Source of the DNA: a virus
Lineage: Duplodnaviria > Caudoviricetes
Strand: one strand, 5' to 3'
Virus record (IMG/VR): IMGVR_UViG_3300047379_001393
Coordinates: 1 to 62,693 of that record
DNA length: 62,693 nucleotides
Below are positions 1-9,016 of the stretch, piece by piece. Each line of letters begins with the position of its first letter. The first letter of the stretch is position 1. The notes below the pieces were generated by a model, which saw only the letters and a list, made by a program, of their open reading frames with translations, was not told the DNA's origin and made no database searches. The position numbers and the translations under genes are program-made.

Positions 1-57
1 ATGTTCCATAAATACGGCTTAACTGATAAAGAAATCAACGAATTAAATCATAAATGA
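1..57 (+). CDS. 3' end of an upstream gene (partial, unknown function)
   Basis: Frame open from position 1 (MFHKYGLTDKEINELNHK*); its TGA overlaps the ATG of the next gene (ATGA at 54-57). Confidence 0.5.
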   Translation: MFHKYGLTDKEINELNHK

Positions 58-863
58 TTGATAAAAAAATAGCCATATGCTTCAGAGGAAAGTGTCTTGA
101 CGAAAACATACATTGGGCTACAGGCGCGCCCAGGAAAACAGATTACAATAAAACTTTAATTTCCATAAGAAATAATTTAATAAAAACTAACCCACATTAC
201 AATTTTGATATATACTTGCACGGCTGGATATCCAAAGAAGCTGACCCAAACAAGATAGAGTCAGATTTTAATGCAAAAGCAAGTAAACTTGATAAACAGA
301 TAGACTTCTCTCCGTATTATAAAAGAATTAAAAATTATAGAGAAATATTACAATCCAGGTTTAGCCACTTACATAGAAAGAACCAATATTCTTACAATGA
401 TATAAATTTTTTTGATTATTTTAACAATATATTTTCATATGCATATAGCATATCTAACACAGTAAAATTAATAAGTCATCCCGAAAATTACGACTTAATA
501 ATAAATACTAGATACGATATAAATTTAACGCACACTGTCGAATTGGATTCCTTAAGTAGAGATAAAATCTATACAGATAATGTATCAGAAAATCACGGCC
601 CGCTATTCTACGGAGACTTTATCCATATATCAAAACCAAGCATTGGCATGAAGTGGAAAAGTTTCTTTGATTGCGTTTCAGAGAATATATTTCTTCAGAA
701 CGATTTTAAAACATGGGCAAAAAATATAATAAAGAACGGTGCATCAGGAAAAAAAGATCACGGCTTGTACTCTCCTCAAATGATATACTCCTACTTCTCC
801 CAAACACATACGCCACATAAAAGCGTTTTTCCAAAAATTAACTCAACACTTTTCAGATATTAA
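54..863 (+). CDS. Putative glycosyltransferase-like protein
   Basis: 269 aa; KIAICFRG...DIYLHGW...YDLIINTRYD pattern typical of uncharacterised GT-like proteins in glycan clusters; context. Confidence 0.55.
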   Translation: MIDKKIAICFRGKCLDENIHWATGAPRKTDYNKTLISIRNNLIKTNPHYNFDIYLHGWISKEADPNKIESDFNAKASKLDKQIDFSPYYKRIKNYREILQSRFSHLHRKNQYSYNDINFFDYFNNIFSYAYSISNTVKLISHPENYDLIINTRYDINLTHTVELDSLSRDKIYTDNVSENHGPLFYGDFIHISKPSIGMKWKSFFDCVSENIFLQNDFKTWAKNIIKNGASGKKDHGLYSPQMIYSYFSQTHTPHKSVFPKINSTLFRY

Positions 864-865
864 TA

Positions 866-2287
866 ATGATAAAAGCAGTACTATTTGATCTAGATGGAGT
901 TCTTGTCGACTCAAGAGAAATGCATTACCTGGCGTTAAATAAAGCGCTAGAATATATAGATCCAAAATTTATAATCAAAAGAGAAGAGCATCTATCTACT
1001 TTTGACGGTTTACCAACAACAAGTAAACTTAATAAATTAACAGAAACAAAAGGTTTGCCAAAAGATCTTTACGATAAAGTATGGAAGCTTAAGCAAAAAT
1101 TTACAGTTGAAGCAATAAACGAGCAGTATTCTGTAGATGAGAGATTGTGCAGTATACTTAAAAATTTAAAGAAAAAAGGCATCAAGATGTGCGTTTGCTC
1201 TAATTCCATTAGGGAAACTACAAAAATGATACTTTTAAGAAAGGGACTTATAGAGTATATTGAATTTTTTATAACTAACGAAGACGTAAGAAATCCAAAA
1301 CCCAACCCCGAGATGTACTTGAGGGCAATGATACGACTTGAATTATCACCTAAAGAATGCGTTATAGTAGAAGATTCTCATGTTGGAAGGAAGGCGGCTA
1401 TACTATCAGGAGCTAATCTCTGCGCTGTGATAAATCCAAATGATGTCGAATTATCTAAAATAGAACATATTATACAGAAAGCAAATGATAAATCAAAATT
1501 TAACCCCAAATGGCAAGGAGGCAAAATGAACGTACTTATACCAATGGCTGGAGCGGGATCCAGATTCAAAAAAGCTGGATATACATTCCCTAAACCATTA
1601 ATTGAAGTCAGAGGCCAACCAATGATACAGGCGGTTGTCAATAATATAAATATTGACGCAAAACATATCTTTATAGTGCAAAAGGAACACTTTAAAAAGT
1701 ATAACCTAAAAGAAACTTTAAATGCAATATCACCAGGTTGTGATATCGTAATAGTAGAAGGAGTAACTGAAGGCGCAGCTTGCACGACCCTACTAGCTAA
1801 AGACCTAATAAATAACAATGAACCCTTATTGATAGCAAACTCAGATCAATTTGTAGAATGGGACAGCAATCAATTCATGTATTCAATGATAGGAGACACT
1901 ATTGACGGAGGTATACTAACATTCTATTCCACACATCCCAAATGGAGCTATGCAAAACTAAATGATGACGGTTTTGTTTCGGAGGTTCAAGAAAAAAAAC
2001 CTATAAGTGATAAGGCTACAGTAGGTATTTACTATTGGACAAAAGGCTCGGATTACGTAAAATACGCAGAGCAAATGATCCAAAATGACACAAGAGTAAA
2101 CAACGAGTTTTACGTATGCCCTGTTTATAATGAAGCGATTAAAGATAATAAAAAAATAAAAATCTTCGATATTCCTAAGATGTGGGGATTAGGAACCCCA
2201 GAAGATTTAAATTACTTCTTAGAGCATCAAGGAAAGGAAGATTCTGATCCGGATATGTGGGCAAATACTCCCAACCCTAATGAATAA
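866..2287 (+). CDS. HAD-family phosphatase fused to sugar-phosphate nucleotidyltransferase
   Basis: N-terminal FDLDGVL, KPNPEMY, VEDS HAD motifs; from about aa 221 LIPMAGAGSRF...PKPLI nucleotidyltransferase signature, ending LGTPEDL. Confidence 0.88.
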   Translation: MIKAVLFDLDGVLVDSREMHYLALNKALEYIDPKFIIKREEHLSTFDGLPTTSKLNKLTETKGLPKDLYDKVWKLKQKFTVEAINEQYSVDERLCSILKNLKKKGIKMCVCSNSIRETTKMILLRKGLIEYIEFFITNEDVRNPKPNPEMYLRAMIRLELSPKECVIVEDSHVGRKAAILSGANLCAVINPNDVELSKIEHIIQKANDKSKFNPKWQGGKMNVLIPMAGAGSRFKKAGYTFPKPLIEVRGQPMIQAVVNNINIDAKHIFIVQKEHFKKYNLKETLNAISPGCDIVIVEGVTEGAACTTLLAKDLINNNEPLLIANSDQFVEWDSNQFMYSMIGDTIDGGILTFYSTHPKWSYAKLNDDGFVSEVQEKKPISDKATVGIYYWTKGSDYVKYAEQMIQNDTRVNNEFYVCPVYNEAIKDNKKIKIFDIPKMWGLGTPEDLNYFLEHQGKEDSDPDMWANTPNPNE

Positions 2288-2606
2288 GTTTAACCTGAAA
2301 GAATTCACAAGAGGTTGGTTTGTTGGTAATTTTAATCCCTCGCTAATCAAGACCAACGATGTTGAAGTTGGAGTAAAGGAATATAAAGCTGGAGACTATG
2401 AAGAATTCCACCACCACAAGGTTTCAACAGAAATTACTTGCATTACAAAAGGAGAAGTGGAAATGAATGGAGCAAGATATAAGGCAGGAGATATTATTGA
2501 AATAAAACCGCTTGAAGGTACAGACTTCAAAGCTATTACAGACAGCCAAAACGTTGTGATTAAGATTCCTGGAGCAAATAACGATAAATACTTAGGCGAA
2601 GCATGA
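2280..2606 (+). CDS. Cupin-domain protein
   Basis: 108 aa; GWFVGNF start and HHHKVSTE cupin metal motif; overlaps neighbours. Confidence 0.75.
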   Translation: MNKFNLKEFTRGWFVGNFNPSLIKTNDVEVGVKEYKAGDYEEFHHHKVSTEITCITKGEVEMNGARYKAGDIIEIKPLEGTDFKAITDSQNVVIKIPGANNDKYLGEA

Positions 2607-3025
2607 TTCTAGTATCTCATAGAGGAAATATTTCTGGACCAAACCCAGAAAACGAAAACCACCCAGATTACATAACAGAAGCTCTTTCGAGAGGATTTGA
2701 TGTGGAGGTGGATGTATGGGGAGATAAAGAATTATGGCTTGGCCATGATAAGCCTCAATATAAATGTCCTACTAGCTTCCTTATTAACAACTATCAAAAA
2801 TTATGGATTCATTGTAAAAACTTAGCAGCTATAGATATATTATCTGAGTTCAAGGTCTTAAATTATTTTTGGCATCAAAATGACGACTTTACCTTAACTT
2901 CTAAAAACTTTATATGGACATACCCAGGTAAGTATGTCTGCAATAAAAGTGTTTTAGTGATAGACGATGCAAGAGAATATGCAGGACCAATTTGTTTCGG
3001 GCTTTGTTCGGATTACCTCAAGTGA
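2603..3025 (+). CDS. Glycerophosphodiester phosphodiesterase (GDPD)-like protein, short form
   Basis: SHRGN...EN...VEVDVW...LGHD motifs; 140 aa. Confidence 0.75.
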   Translation: MILVSHRGNISGPNPENENHPDYITEALSRGFDVEVDVWGDKELWLGHDKPQYKCPTSFLINNYQKLWIHCKNLAAIDILSEFKVLNYFWHQNDDFTLTSKNFIWTYPGKYVCNKSVLVIDDAREYAGPICFGLCSDYLK

Positions 3026-3888
3026 ATGATACAAATATATTTTCTAAAAAATATTTCGACCATAATTATCATTTAAGTTATAGTCAAAGATTTTATCATA
3101 AATTCCTAACCTCATACTTATTAAGTATGGAGAGTTATATCGAAACTGTCTCCATAATTATTCAAGGAAAATTAAACAAAAGATCCATAGATACTATACC
3201 AGAATACTTAAAATACGGAGAAGTAATTGTTAGCTGCTGGGAAAATGACGACCTTTCTATGCTAGATAAGTATAAAGATAAAATTAAAATTATCGTAAAC
3301 AAATATTCAAGCGCAAAAACCAAGCAAAAAAAAACAGGAAGTCAAGCTCCTTGGATTTTTCAAAATTTAACAACACTAAATGGATTAAAGGTTGCTAATG
3401 GTTATCTATGTATTAAATTAAGATCGGACGAGAGCTACCCAGTGCTAGATCCATTAATAAATAAATTTAAATACAATAGAGACACAAAAGATCCAAGTAC
3501 AAATTTATATAATCACAATAAAATAATAACATCCAACATTTATTTTAGGAACGACAGGCACAGCAAATTTCATCCATCTGATCATATAATAGCTGGAACA
3601 AAAAACCGTATGTTAGAGTCATTTAAACTATCCAACACGTACTGCTATAAACCACACACTGAATTTCCAGAACAATTAATTGCACATGCAGTTATAAATA
3701 GTTACATAGACCCTATATTAAAAAAAACAAACAAAGCTAACCTTCAAAATTCCAAAGAGCTAATGAAAAAACATTTTGATATAATCAGAATAAGAGATCT
3801 ACCCAATCATGTATGGACTTCCAGCTATCGAAAATATGACGCTCTATACAATGAGGAAGATTGGTGCCATGATATAAATTCTATATAA
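3022..3888 (+). CDS. WavE-like lipopolysaccharide synthesis family protein
   Basis: SIIIQG...VIVSCW...CIKLRSD...FHPSDH...PEQ pattern; GTG start at 3022 overlaps the upstream TGA (alternative ATG at 3127). Confidence 0.6.
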   Translation: MNDTNIFSKKYFDHNYHLSYSQRFYHKFLTSYLLSMESYIETVSIIIQGKLNKRSIDTIPEYLKYGEVIVSCWENDDLSMLDKYKDKIKIIVNKYSSAKTKQKKTGSQAPWIFQNLTTLNGLKVANGYLCIKLRSDESYPVLDPLINKFKYNRDTKDPSTNLYNHNKIITSNIYFRNDRHSKFHPSDHIIAGTKNRMLESFKLSNTYCYKPHTEFPEQLIAHAVINSYIDPILKKTNKANLQNSKELMKKHFDIIRIRDLPNHVWTSSYRKYDALYNEEDWCHDINSI

Positions 3889-3895
3889 AAAATAG

Positions 3896-3930
3896 TTGAT
3901 AAAATAAATACAGGACATATAATCCTGTAT
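3896..3930 (+). promoter_or_regulatory. Sigma70-type promoter with an inverted repeat over the -10 box
   Basis: TTGATA(3896)-N16-TATAAT(3918); ATACAGGA(3908-3915)/TCCTGTAT(3923-3930) perfect inverted repeat; ATG 8 nt after the -10 box. Confidence 0.6.
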
Positions 3931-3931
3931 C

Positions 3932-4501
3932 ATGAGTATTTCACTTTACAAACCAAATAGTAAAAATACAGGCTGCGCCTTTAATTTTAAAATAGGAGTA
4001 AATAAAAGCAGAGAACCTGTTATTTACGCCAGTGCAATTCAGCAATATAGTTGGGACGACAAAAAGAAGACGGGAAATTTTTCTGGAAACGGTAGTGACC
4101 CAGACAAGAGAATTAATTTAAAATTTACAGAATTCGAAATTGGCGGAATAATAAGCTCGTTCAAGCATAGAAACGATTTTTCAACCTTCCATTCTTTTGA
4201 GGATAATAAAACATCAATTAAATGCACGCCTTGGGATAAGAAAACAAAAGTAAAGCAGGGCGATAAAGATGCGTGGATAACATTACCAGCATTTGGTATT
4301 AACGTTACAAGAAACGGTAATCAGATCTTTAGGATACCCCTAGAACCCGGTGAGGTAGAAAATTTATCTCAATTTTTCTATTTTTACTTATCTGAATTAT
4401 ACAAGCATAGAAGAAAAGAAGAGATTAAAAGGCTTAAAGAATCAAGACCCTCAAGTCCACAAGTTAGTTCTAGCTCAAGTGGCCAAGAGGCTCCTTTTTA
4501 A
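3932..4501 (+). CDS. Hypothetical protein, possible ssDNA-binding protein
   Basis: 189 aa, beta-rich with aromatic/basic residues; Ser-rich linker ending EAPF, like SSB C-terminal tips. Confidence 0.45.
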   Translation: MSISLYKPNSKNTGCAFNFKIGVNKSREPVIYASAIQQYSWDDKKKTGNFSGNGSDPDKRINLKFTEFEIGGIISSFKHRNDFSTFHSFEDNKTSIKCTPWDKKTKVKQGDKDAWITLPAFGINVTRNGNQIFRIPLEPGEVENLSQFFYFYLSELYKHRRKEEIKRLKESRPSSPQVSSSSSGQEAPF

Positions 4502-6408
4502 TGAAAAAGAAAAAGGTACTAATTCATAGTAATCACTGTAAAGCTTATACAGGTTTCGGTAAGAATGCCAAAAATATCTTACTTCATTTACATAAAACTG
4601 GTAAGTATGAAATTATAGAATTTGCTAATGGAAAAAGATGGGGAGATCCATCCTTAAAATTATTACCCTGGAAATCTCAAGGGTCATTACCTAGCGACCC
4701 ATCAACCTTACAAAAGATAAATCAAGATCAAGCACTAGCTCGAAACGCTGGCTACGGCGGACAAACAATTGATAAAATCATAGAACAAGAAAAACCAGAT
4801 CTATACATAGGCGTAGAAGACATATGGGCTTTCTCTGGGTATACCAGTAGAAAATGGTGGAATAAAATAAATTGCATGATATGGACAACGCTTGATAGCC
4901 TACCCATTCTACCAGAAGCAGTAAACAACGCATCTAAAATTAAAAATTATTTTACGTGGTCTTCATTTGCGTCAAAATCTTTAAACAAATCAGGACATGA
5001 TCATGTAAAAACTCTCCACGGAGCAGTTGATGACACTAATTTCTACAAACTAAGTGAAGATAAAAGAATAAATCTTAGAAATAAAAATAATATAGATCAA
5101 AACGACTTTATTATCGGTTTTGTTTTCAGAAATCAATTAAGAAAATCCGTACCTAATCTACTTGAAGGTTACAAAACATTTTGCAAACAAAATCCTGAGT
5201 GCAAAGCTAAACTACTACTGCACACACATTGGAAAGAAGGCTGGGACATACCTAGACTAATAGAAGAAAAAGGTATTGATCCAAAAAATATTTTAACCAC
5301 ATATGTTTGCGAGCACTGTAAGAATTTTGAAATCAAACCTTACGAAGAGGAAAAGAAAGACTGTAAATTATGTGGGGCAGAAAAAAGCCAAGTTACACCA
5401 AATACTAAATTAGGAGTAACCGAAGAACAGTTAAATGAAATTTATAACTTGATGGATGTATACTGCCACCCATTTACCAGTGGTGGTCAAGAAATACCAA
5501 TCCAAGAAGCTAAATTAGCAGAGTTAATTACTTTAGTCACAAACTATAGTTGTGGAGAAGATTGTTGCACTGAAGACAGCGCAGGTCTTCCATTAAACTG
5601 GTCAGAGTATAGAGAGCCCGGCACTCAATTCATTAAGGCTAGTACTAAACCAGAAAGTATCGCAAGTCAACTCAAAAAAGTCTATAAAATGAAAAAATCG
5701 AAAAGGCTAGAGCTTGGCAGGTTAGCAAGAGAATTCGTAATCAAAAATTATAGCGTTAATTCTGTAGGTAAGCAATTAGAATCAATAATAGACAGTATGC
5801 CTGAAGTCGACTGGGATTTTGACTTTAAACCAATAGAAAAAAACCCTCATTATGAACCACCACAAATTAAAAATGATGGAGATTTCATTAAAGATATATA
5901 CATAAACATCCTACAACTTGAAGTTTCTGAATCAGACGAAGGCTTCAAGCACTGGATGCAAAGACTATCTTCTGATATGTCTCGAGATGATGTACTTAAT
6001 CATTTCAGAAAAGTAGCTCTAAACGAAAATAAGAAATCAGAAAAAATAGACTTTAAAGATATTCTAGATAAAAACGATGAAGACAATAGATTATTATTCT
6101 GCATGCCCGAGAGTATAGGTGATATATATATGTGCACATCTTTATTAAAAAATATAAAACAATTATATCCAAAATATAATATCTATTTTGCAACAAAACC
6201 TGAGTACTTTCAAATACTAGAAGGTAATCCTTATATACATAAAGTAATCCCTTATAGTAAAGCTCTAGATAACTTACCTGCAATGGAAGGACAATCGCAT
6301 CATAAAGGCTTTTTTGAAATAGCCTTTCTACCTTTTATAGGAACCCAAAGAATATTAAATTATATGCACAACGGAAAAGATAAAATACAATTTGACTTAT
6401 GCACCTAA
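4501..6408 (+). CDS. Multidomain glycosyltransferase (GT-B/GT4-like + Zn ribbon + GT9-like C-terminus)
   Basis: TGFG, RNQLRK, YNLMDVYCHP...GGQEIPIQEA GT4-like motifs; CEHC...CKLC insert; C-terminal SIGDIYMCT...ILEGNPYI GT9-like segment. Confidence 0.8.
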   Translation: MKKKKVLIHSNHCKAYTGFGKNAKNILLHLHKTGKYEIIEFANGKRWGDPSLKLLPWKSQGSLPSDPSTLQKINQDQALARNAGYGGQTIDKIIEQEKPDLYIGVEDIWAFSGYTSRKWWNKINCMIWTTLDSLPILPEAVNNASKIKNYFTWSSFASKSLNKSGHDHVKTLHGAVDDTNFYKLSEDKRINLRNKNNIDQNDFIIGFVFRNQLRKSVPNLLEGYKTFCKQNPECKAKLLLHTHWKEGWDIPRLIEEKGIDPKNILTTYVCEHCKNFEIKPYEEEKKDCKLCGAEKSQVTPNTKLGVTEEQLNEIYNLMDVYCHPFTSGGQEIPIQEAKLAELITLVTNYSCGEDCCTEDSAGLPLNWSEYREPGTQFIKASTKPESIASQLKKVYKMKKSKRLELGRLAREFVIKNYSVNSVGKQLESIIDSMPEVDWDFDFKPIEKNPHYEPPQIKNDGDFIKDIYINILQLEVSESDEGFKHWMQRLSSDMSRDDVLNHFRKVALNENKKSEKIDFKDILDKNDEDNRLLFCMPESIGDIYMCTSLLKNIKQLYPKYNIYFATKPEYFQILEGNPYIHKVIPYSKALDNLPAMEGQSHHKGFFEIAFLPFIGTQRILNYMHNGKDKIQFDLCT

Positions 6409-7580
6409 TAGAACAATATGCACTATCTTGCGGCGTTAAAATTGATAAGCCTCATATAGAAACCTCATTTTTCCCAGTTTCTTCGGAAAAATATATTACC
6501 ATACATGCTAGTAGCGGAATGGAGTCAAAAAACTATGATTACTATAATGATGTTATAGAAATGATACATCCATACCTCAAAGAAAATAATATAAACATCA
6601 TACAAATAGGTTCTAAAGATGATGAGAAATTAAATAATTGCGAACATCTAAATGGTTCAACGACGATAAGGCAAACTGCGCATGTTATACAAAACAGTTT
6701 ACTTCATTTTGGTAACGATTCATTCTCCACCCATGTTGCTTCTGGATTTAATAAAAAAATTGTTTGTCTGTATGGAATTCTATACAAAGAATGTTGTGGC
6801 CCATACTGGGGAGATAAAACAAATCATGTACTACTTGAATCTCACAGAAATGGATCGAAAGCTTCTTTTTCGAATAAAGAGTTTCCGAAATCTGTTAATT
6901 TAATAAAACCAGAAGAAGTTGCAAGAGGTGTGTTAGATTTATTAGATATAGAGAACCAACTTCACAATATAGAAACTATACACATAGGAAAAGGTTACCA
7001 CGTTCCTTCTTTGTCCGTAGTACCTAACCATATAATGCCTTCTAATTTTGCTCCTGGACAACCTGTTAATATATGGGGTCATGAGTTTTTTGATGAGCAA
7101 AACATTATGCAATGGGCTTATAATAGAAAATGTAACATCTTTCTCGATCAACCCATGTCAGTCAAGTACTTAAATATTATACGCAATAACATAAACCAAA
7201 TCAATTATTACGTATCCAAAGATACAGACCCAAAATACTTTAAAGTACTAGAAAGGGGCGGAGTGAAATTTAAATTAATATGCAAAGAAGAAGAGAGCTT
7301 GAATGATCTGCGACTTAAATTTTTCGATTGGGACATTCATTTTATACAAAAAACAACAAAAAAAGATGTTGACAATGTAAAAAAACTATGTAATAATACT
7401 CGTTATCAAAGTAAGATACAAATTATATCAAACGCAAAAATATATAACAGTAAAGCTGCATGGAAAAATGACGTGCAAAATAGCGATACAGTTATAGATT
7501 GCCCAGAGTTCTGGGAACAAATAAACTCAATTAAACTTTATAACGAAAAACAATATGACGACAAAAACAGCAACAGATAA
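6399..7580 (+). CDS. GT9 (heptosyltransferase-like) family glycosyltransferase
   Basis: YITIHAS...K.Y...IIQIG...HFGNDSFSTHVA GT9 C-terminal domain motifs. Confidence 0.7.
   Translation: MHLIEQYALSCGVKIDKPHIETSFFPVSSEKYITIHASSGMESKNYDYYNDVIEMIHPYLKENNINIIQIGSKDDEKLNNCEHLNGSTTIRQTAHVIQNSLLHFGNDSFSTHVASGFNKKIVCLYGILYKECCGPYWGDKTNHVLLESHRNGSKASFSNKEFPKSVNLIKPEEVARGVLDLLDIENQLHNIETIHIGKGYHVPSLSVVPNHIMPSNFAPGQPVNIWGHEFFDEQNIMQWAYNRKCNIFLDQPMSVKYLNIIRNNINQINYYVSKDTDPKYFKVLERGGVKFKLICKEEESLNDLRLKFFDWDIHFIQKTTKKDVDNVKKLCNNTRYQSKIQIISNAKIYNSKAAWKNDVQNSDTVIDCPEFWEQINSIKLYNEKQYDDKNSNR
7369..7397 (+). promoter_or_regulatory. Possible sigma70 promoter inside the GT9 gene, serving 7555..8376
   Basis: TTGACA(7369)-N17-AATAAT with upstream TG (extended -10). 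Confidence 0.45.
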
Positions 7581-8376
7581 TTCCGTAACATTCGAATCAG
7601 AAGTCTCAGTAAAACAAGCTCAAAAGTCAATACCTAAAAAATATGTAAACGGCCCAGGGCGTTTTTGTCGAAATGAATTCGGCCTACTAAATGAAGTGAG
7701 TTATGACTTTGATGAAGACGGTTCCGTTAACTGGAGGTCAATGATTAAAGATGAGCACTTATTTCCAAATAAGTCGTGGTTTGATCTTCGCAAGAAAGAT
7801 GTGCCAAGAAGTATTGATGGGCTTAAAGATCATCAACTACTAATTAAACTTTCCGGAATTAAAGAACTTGCTAAACTCAGAGGTTTTTCTGACGTTTCCT
7901 ATGAAGTAGTTAAATGTGAGCCCGATCATGTAGCTGTAATTTGTAGAGTTACATTTTTACCCAACTACGAAACAGGAAGTAAAACGGTAACCTTTCAAGA
8001 TATGGCAAACGCTACACTCAATAACACAAGCAGCTTCGCAACTAAATTCCTAGAAACTATTGCGTGTAATCGAGCTTTTGTTCGTTGTGTCAGAAACTTC
8101 CTCAATGTACATATTGTTGGTGATGATGAAATAGATAAGTCATCTAACAATAGTAATACCCAAGTTAATATATCGGCATCATTAACTCCATACTCAATGA
8201 TAGAAAACTTAGCTAAAGATAAACTAAGTTGTTCTAACTTCGAAGAATTCAAAGTTGTCCTTAGAGACTGGTGGGCTTCAGGTAAATATAAAAACGATGA
8301 AGTCAAAAACTGGAATGAGTACTCAGATATTCCTGCAACACAAGCAAGAATATTAATGAAAGTAATTAACAGTTAG
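7555..8376 (+). CDS. Putative single-strand annealing protein (RecT/Bet/Rad52-like)
   Basis: IKLSGIKELAKLRG and ETIACNRAFVRCVR segments resemble the conserved helices of phage annealases; 273 aa. Confidence 0.45.
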   Translation: MTTKTATDNSVTFESEVSVKQAQKSIPKKYVNGPGRFCRNEFGLLNEVSYDFDEDGSVNWRSMIKDEHLFPNKSWFDLRKKDVPRSIDGLKDHQLLIKLSGIKELAKLRGFSDVSYEVVKCEPDHVAVICRVTFLPNYETGSKTVTFQDMANATLNNTSSFATKFLETIACNRAFVRCVRNFLNVHIVGDDEIDKSSNNSNTQVNISASLTPYSMIENLAKDKLSCSNFEEFKVVLRDWWASGKYKNDEVKNWNEYSDIPATQARILMKVINS

Positions 8377-9001
8377 CTTTAGCCTCAAGATTAGAAAGGC
8401 GCTCTTCTAAAATATCAATTTTTTTTTGCTGATCTTTTATAGCGCCAACCAGTAAAGCAGTAACTCGATCATACTTAACTGCTTTAAAGCCATTATCCCT
8501 AGTAACAACTATTTCAGGAGCAACCTTTTCTACTTGCTGAGCAATAAGACCAATATCATGACCACTGTAAGTTCCTTGTTTATTATTCCAGTCAAACTCG
8601 ACAGCGTCAAGGGATAAAATTTTATCTAAAGGTTTATCAATAGAAATTATATTATCTTTTAATTTTTCATCGGAAGAAGTGAAAGCGATAACATCACCTA
8701 AACTATGTACTCCATTTAAACATCCAATATAAAAAGCATGATCTTTTGTAGCTAAAGTATTTATTCCGATCACATGACAATTTATTTTATCCTCAATTCT
8801 ATTATTAAAACCTTGAATAATACTAGAAGATCTGGAATTTTTAATTACATTATTTTGGCCACCCAAAATAACATTAACCGCATCGTAACCTCCACCAAAA
8901 AGACTTGAGTCTGACGGAGGTGCGGGATTAACAATTTCAGTAGAATCAAAAGATCCGCCGGATTCTATTACGGAAGGTATATTTACATCAGGATTAGACA
9001 T
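8366..9001 (-). CDS. Short tail fibre-related protein with peptidase S74 intramolecular chaperone domain
   Basis: GDVIAFTSSDEKLKDNI...GLIAQQVEKVAPEIV...VKY + C-terminal coiled coil. Confidence 0.85.
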   Translation of the reverse strand: MSNPDVNIPSVIESGGSFDSTEIVNPAPPSDSSLFGGGYDAVNVILGGQNNVIKNSRSSSIIQGFNNRIEDKINCHVIGINTLATKDHAFYIGCLNGVHSLGDVIAFTSSDEKLKDNIISIDKPLDKILSLDAVEFDWNNKQGTYSGHDIGLIAQQVEKVAPEIVVTRDNGFKAVKYDRVTALLVGAIKDQQKKIDILEERLSNLEAKANC

Positions 9002-9016
9002 TATATTTTATATTAA

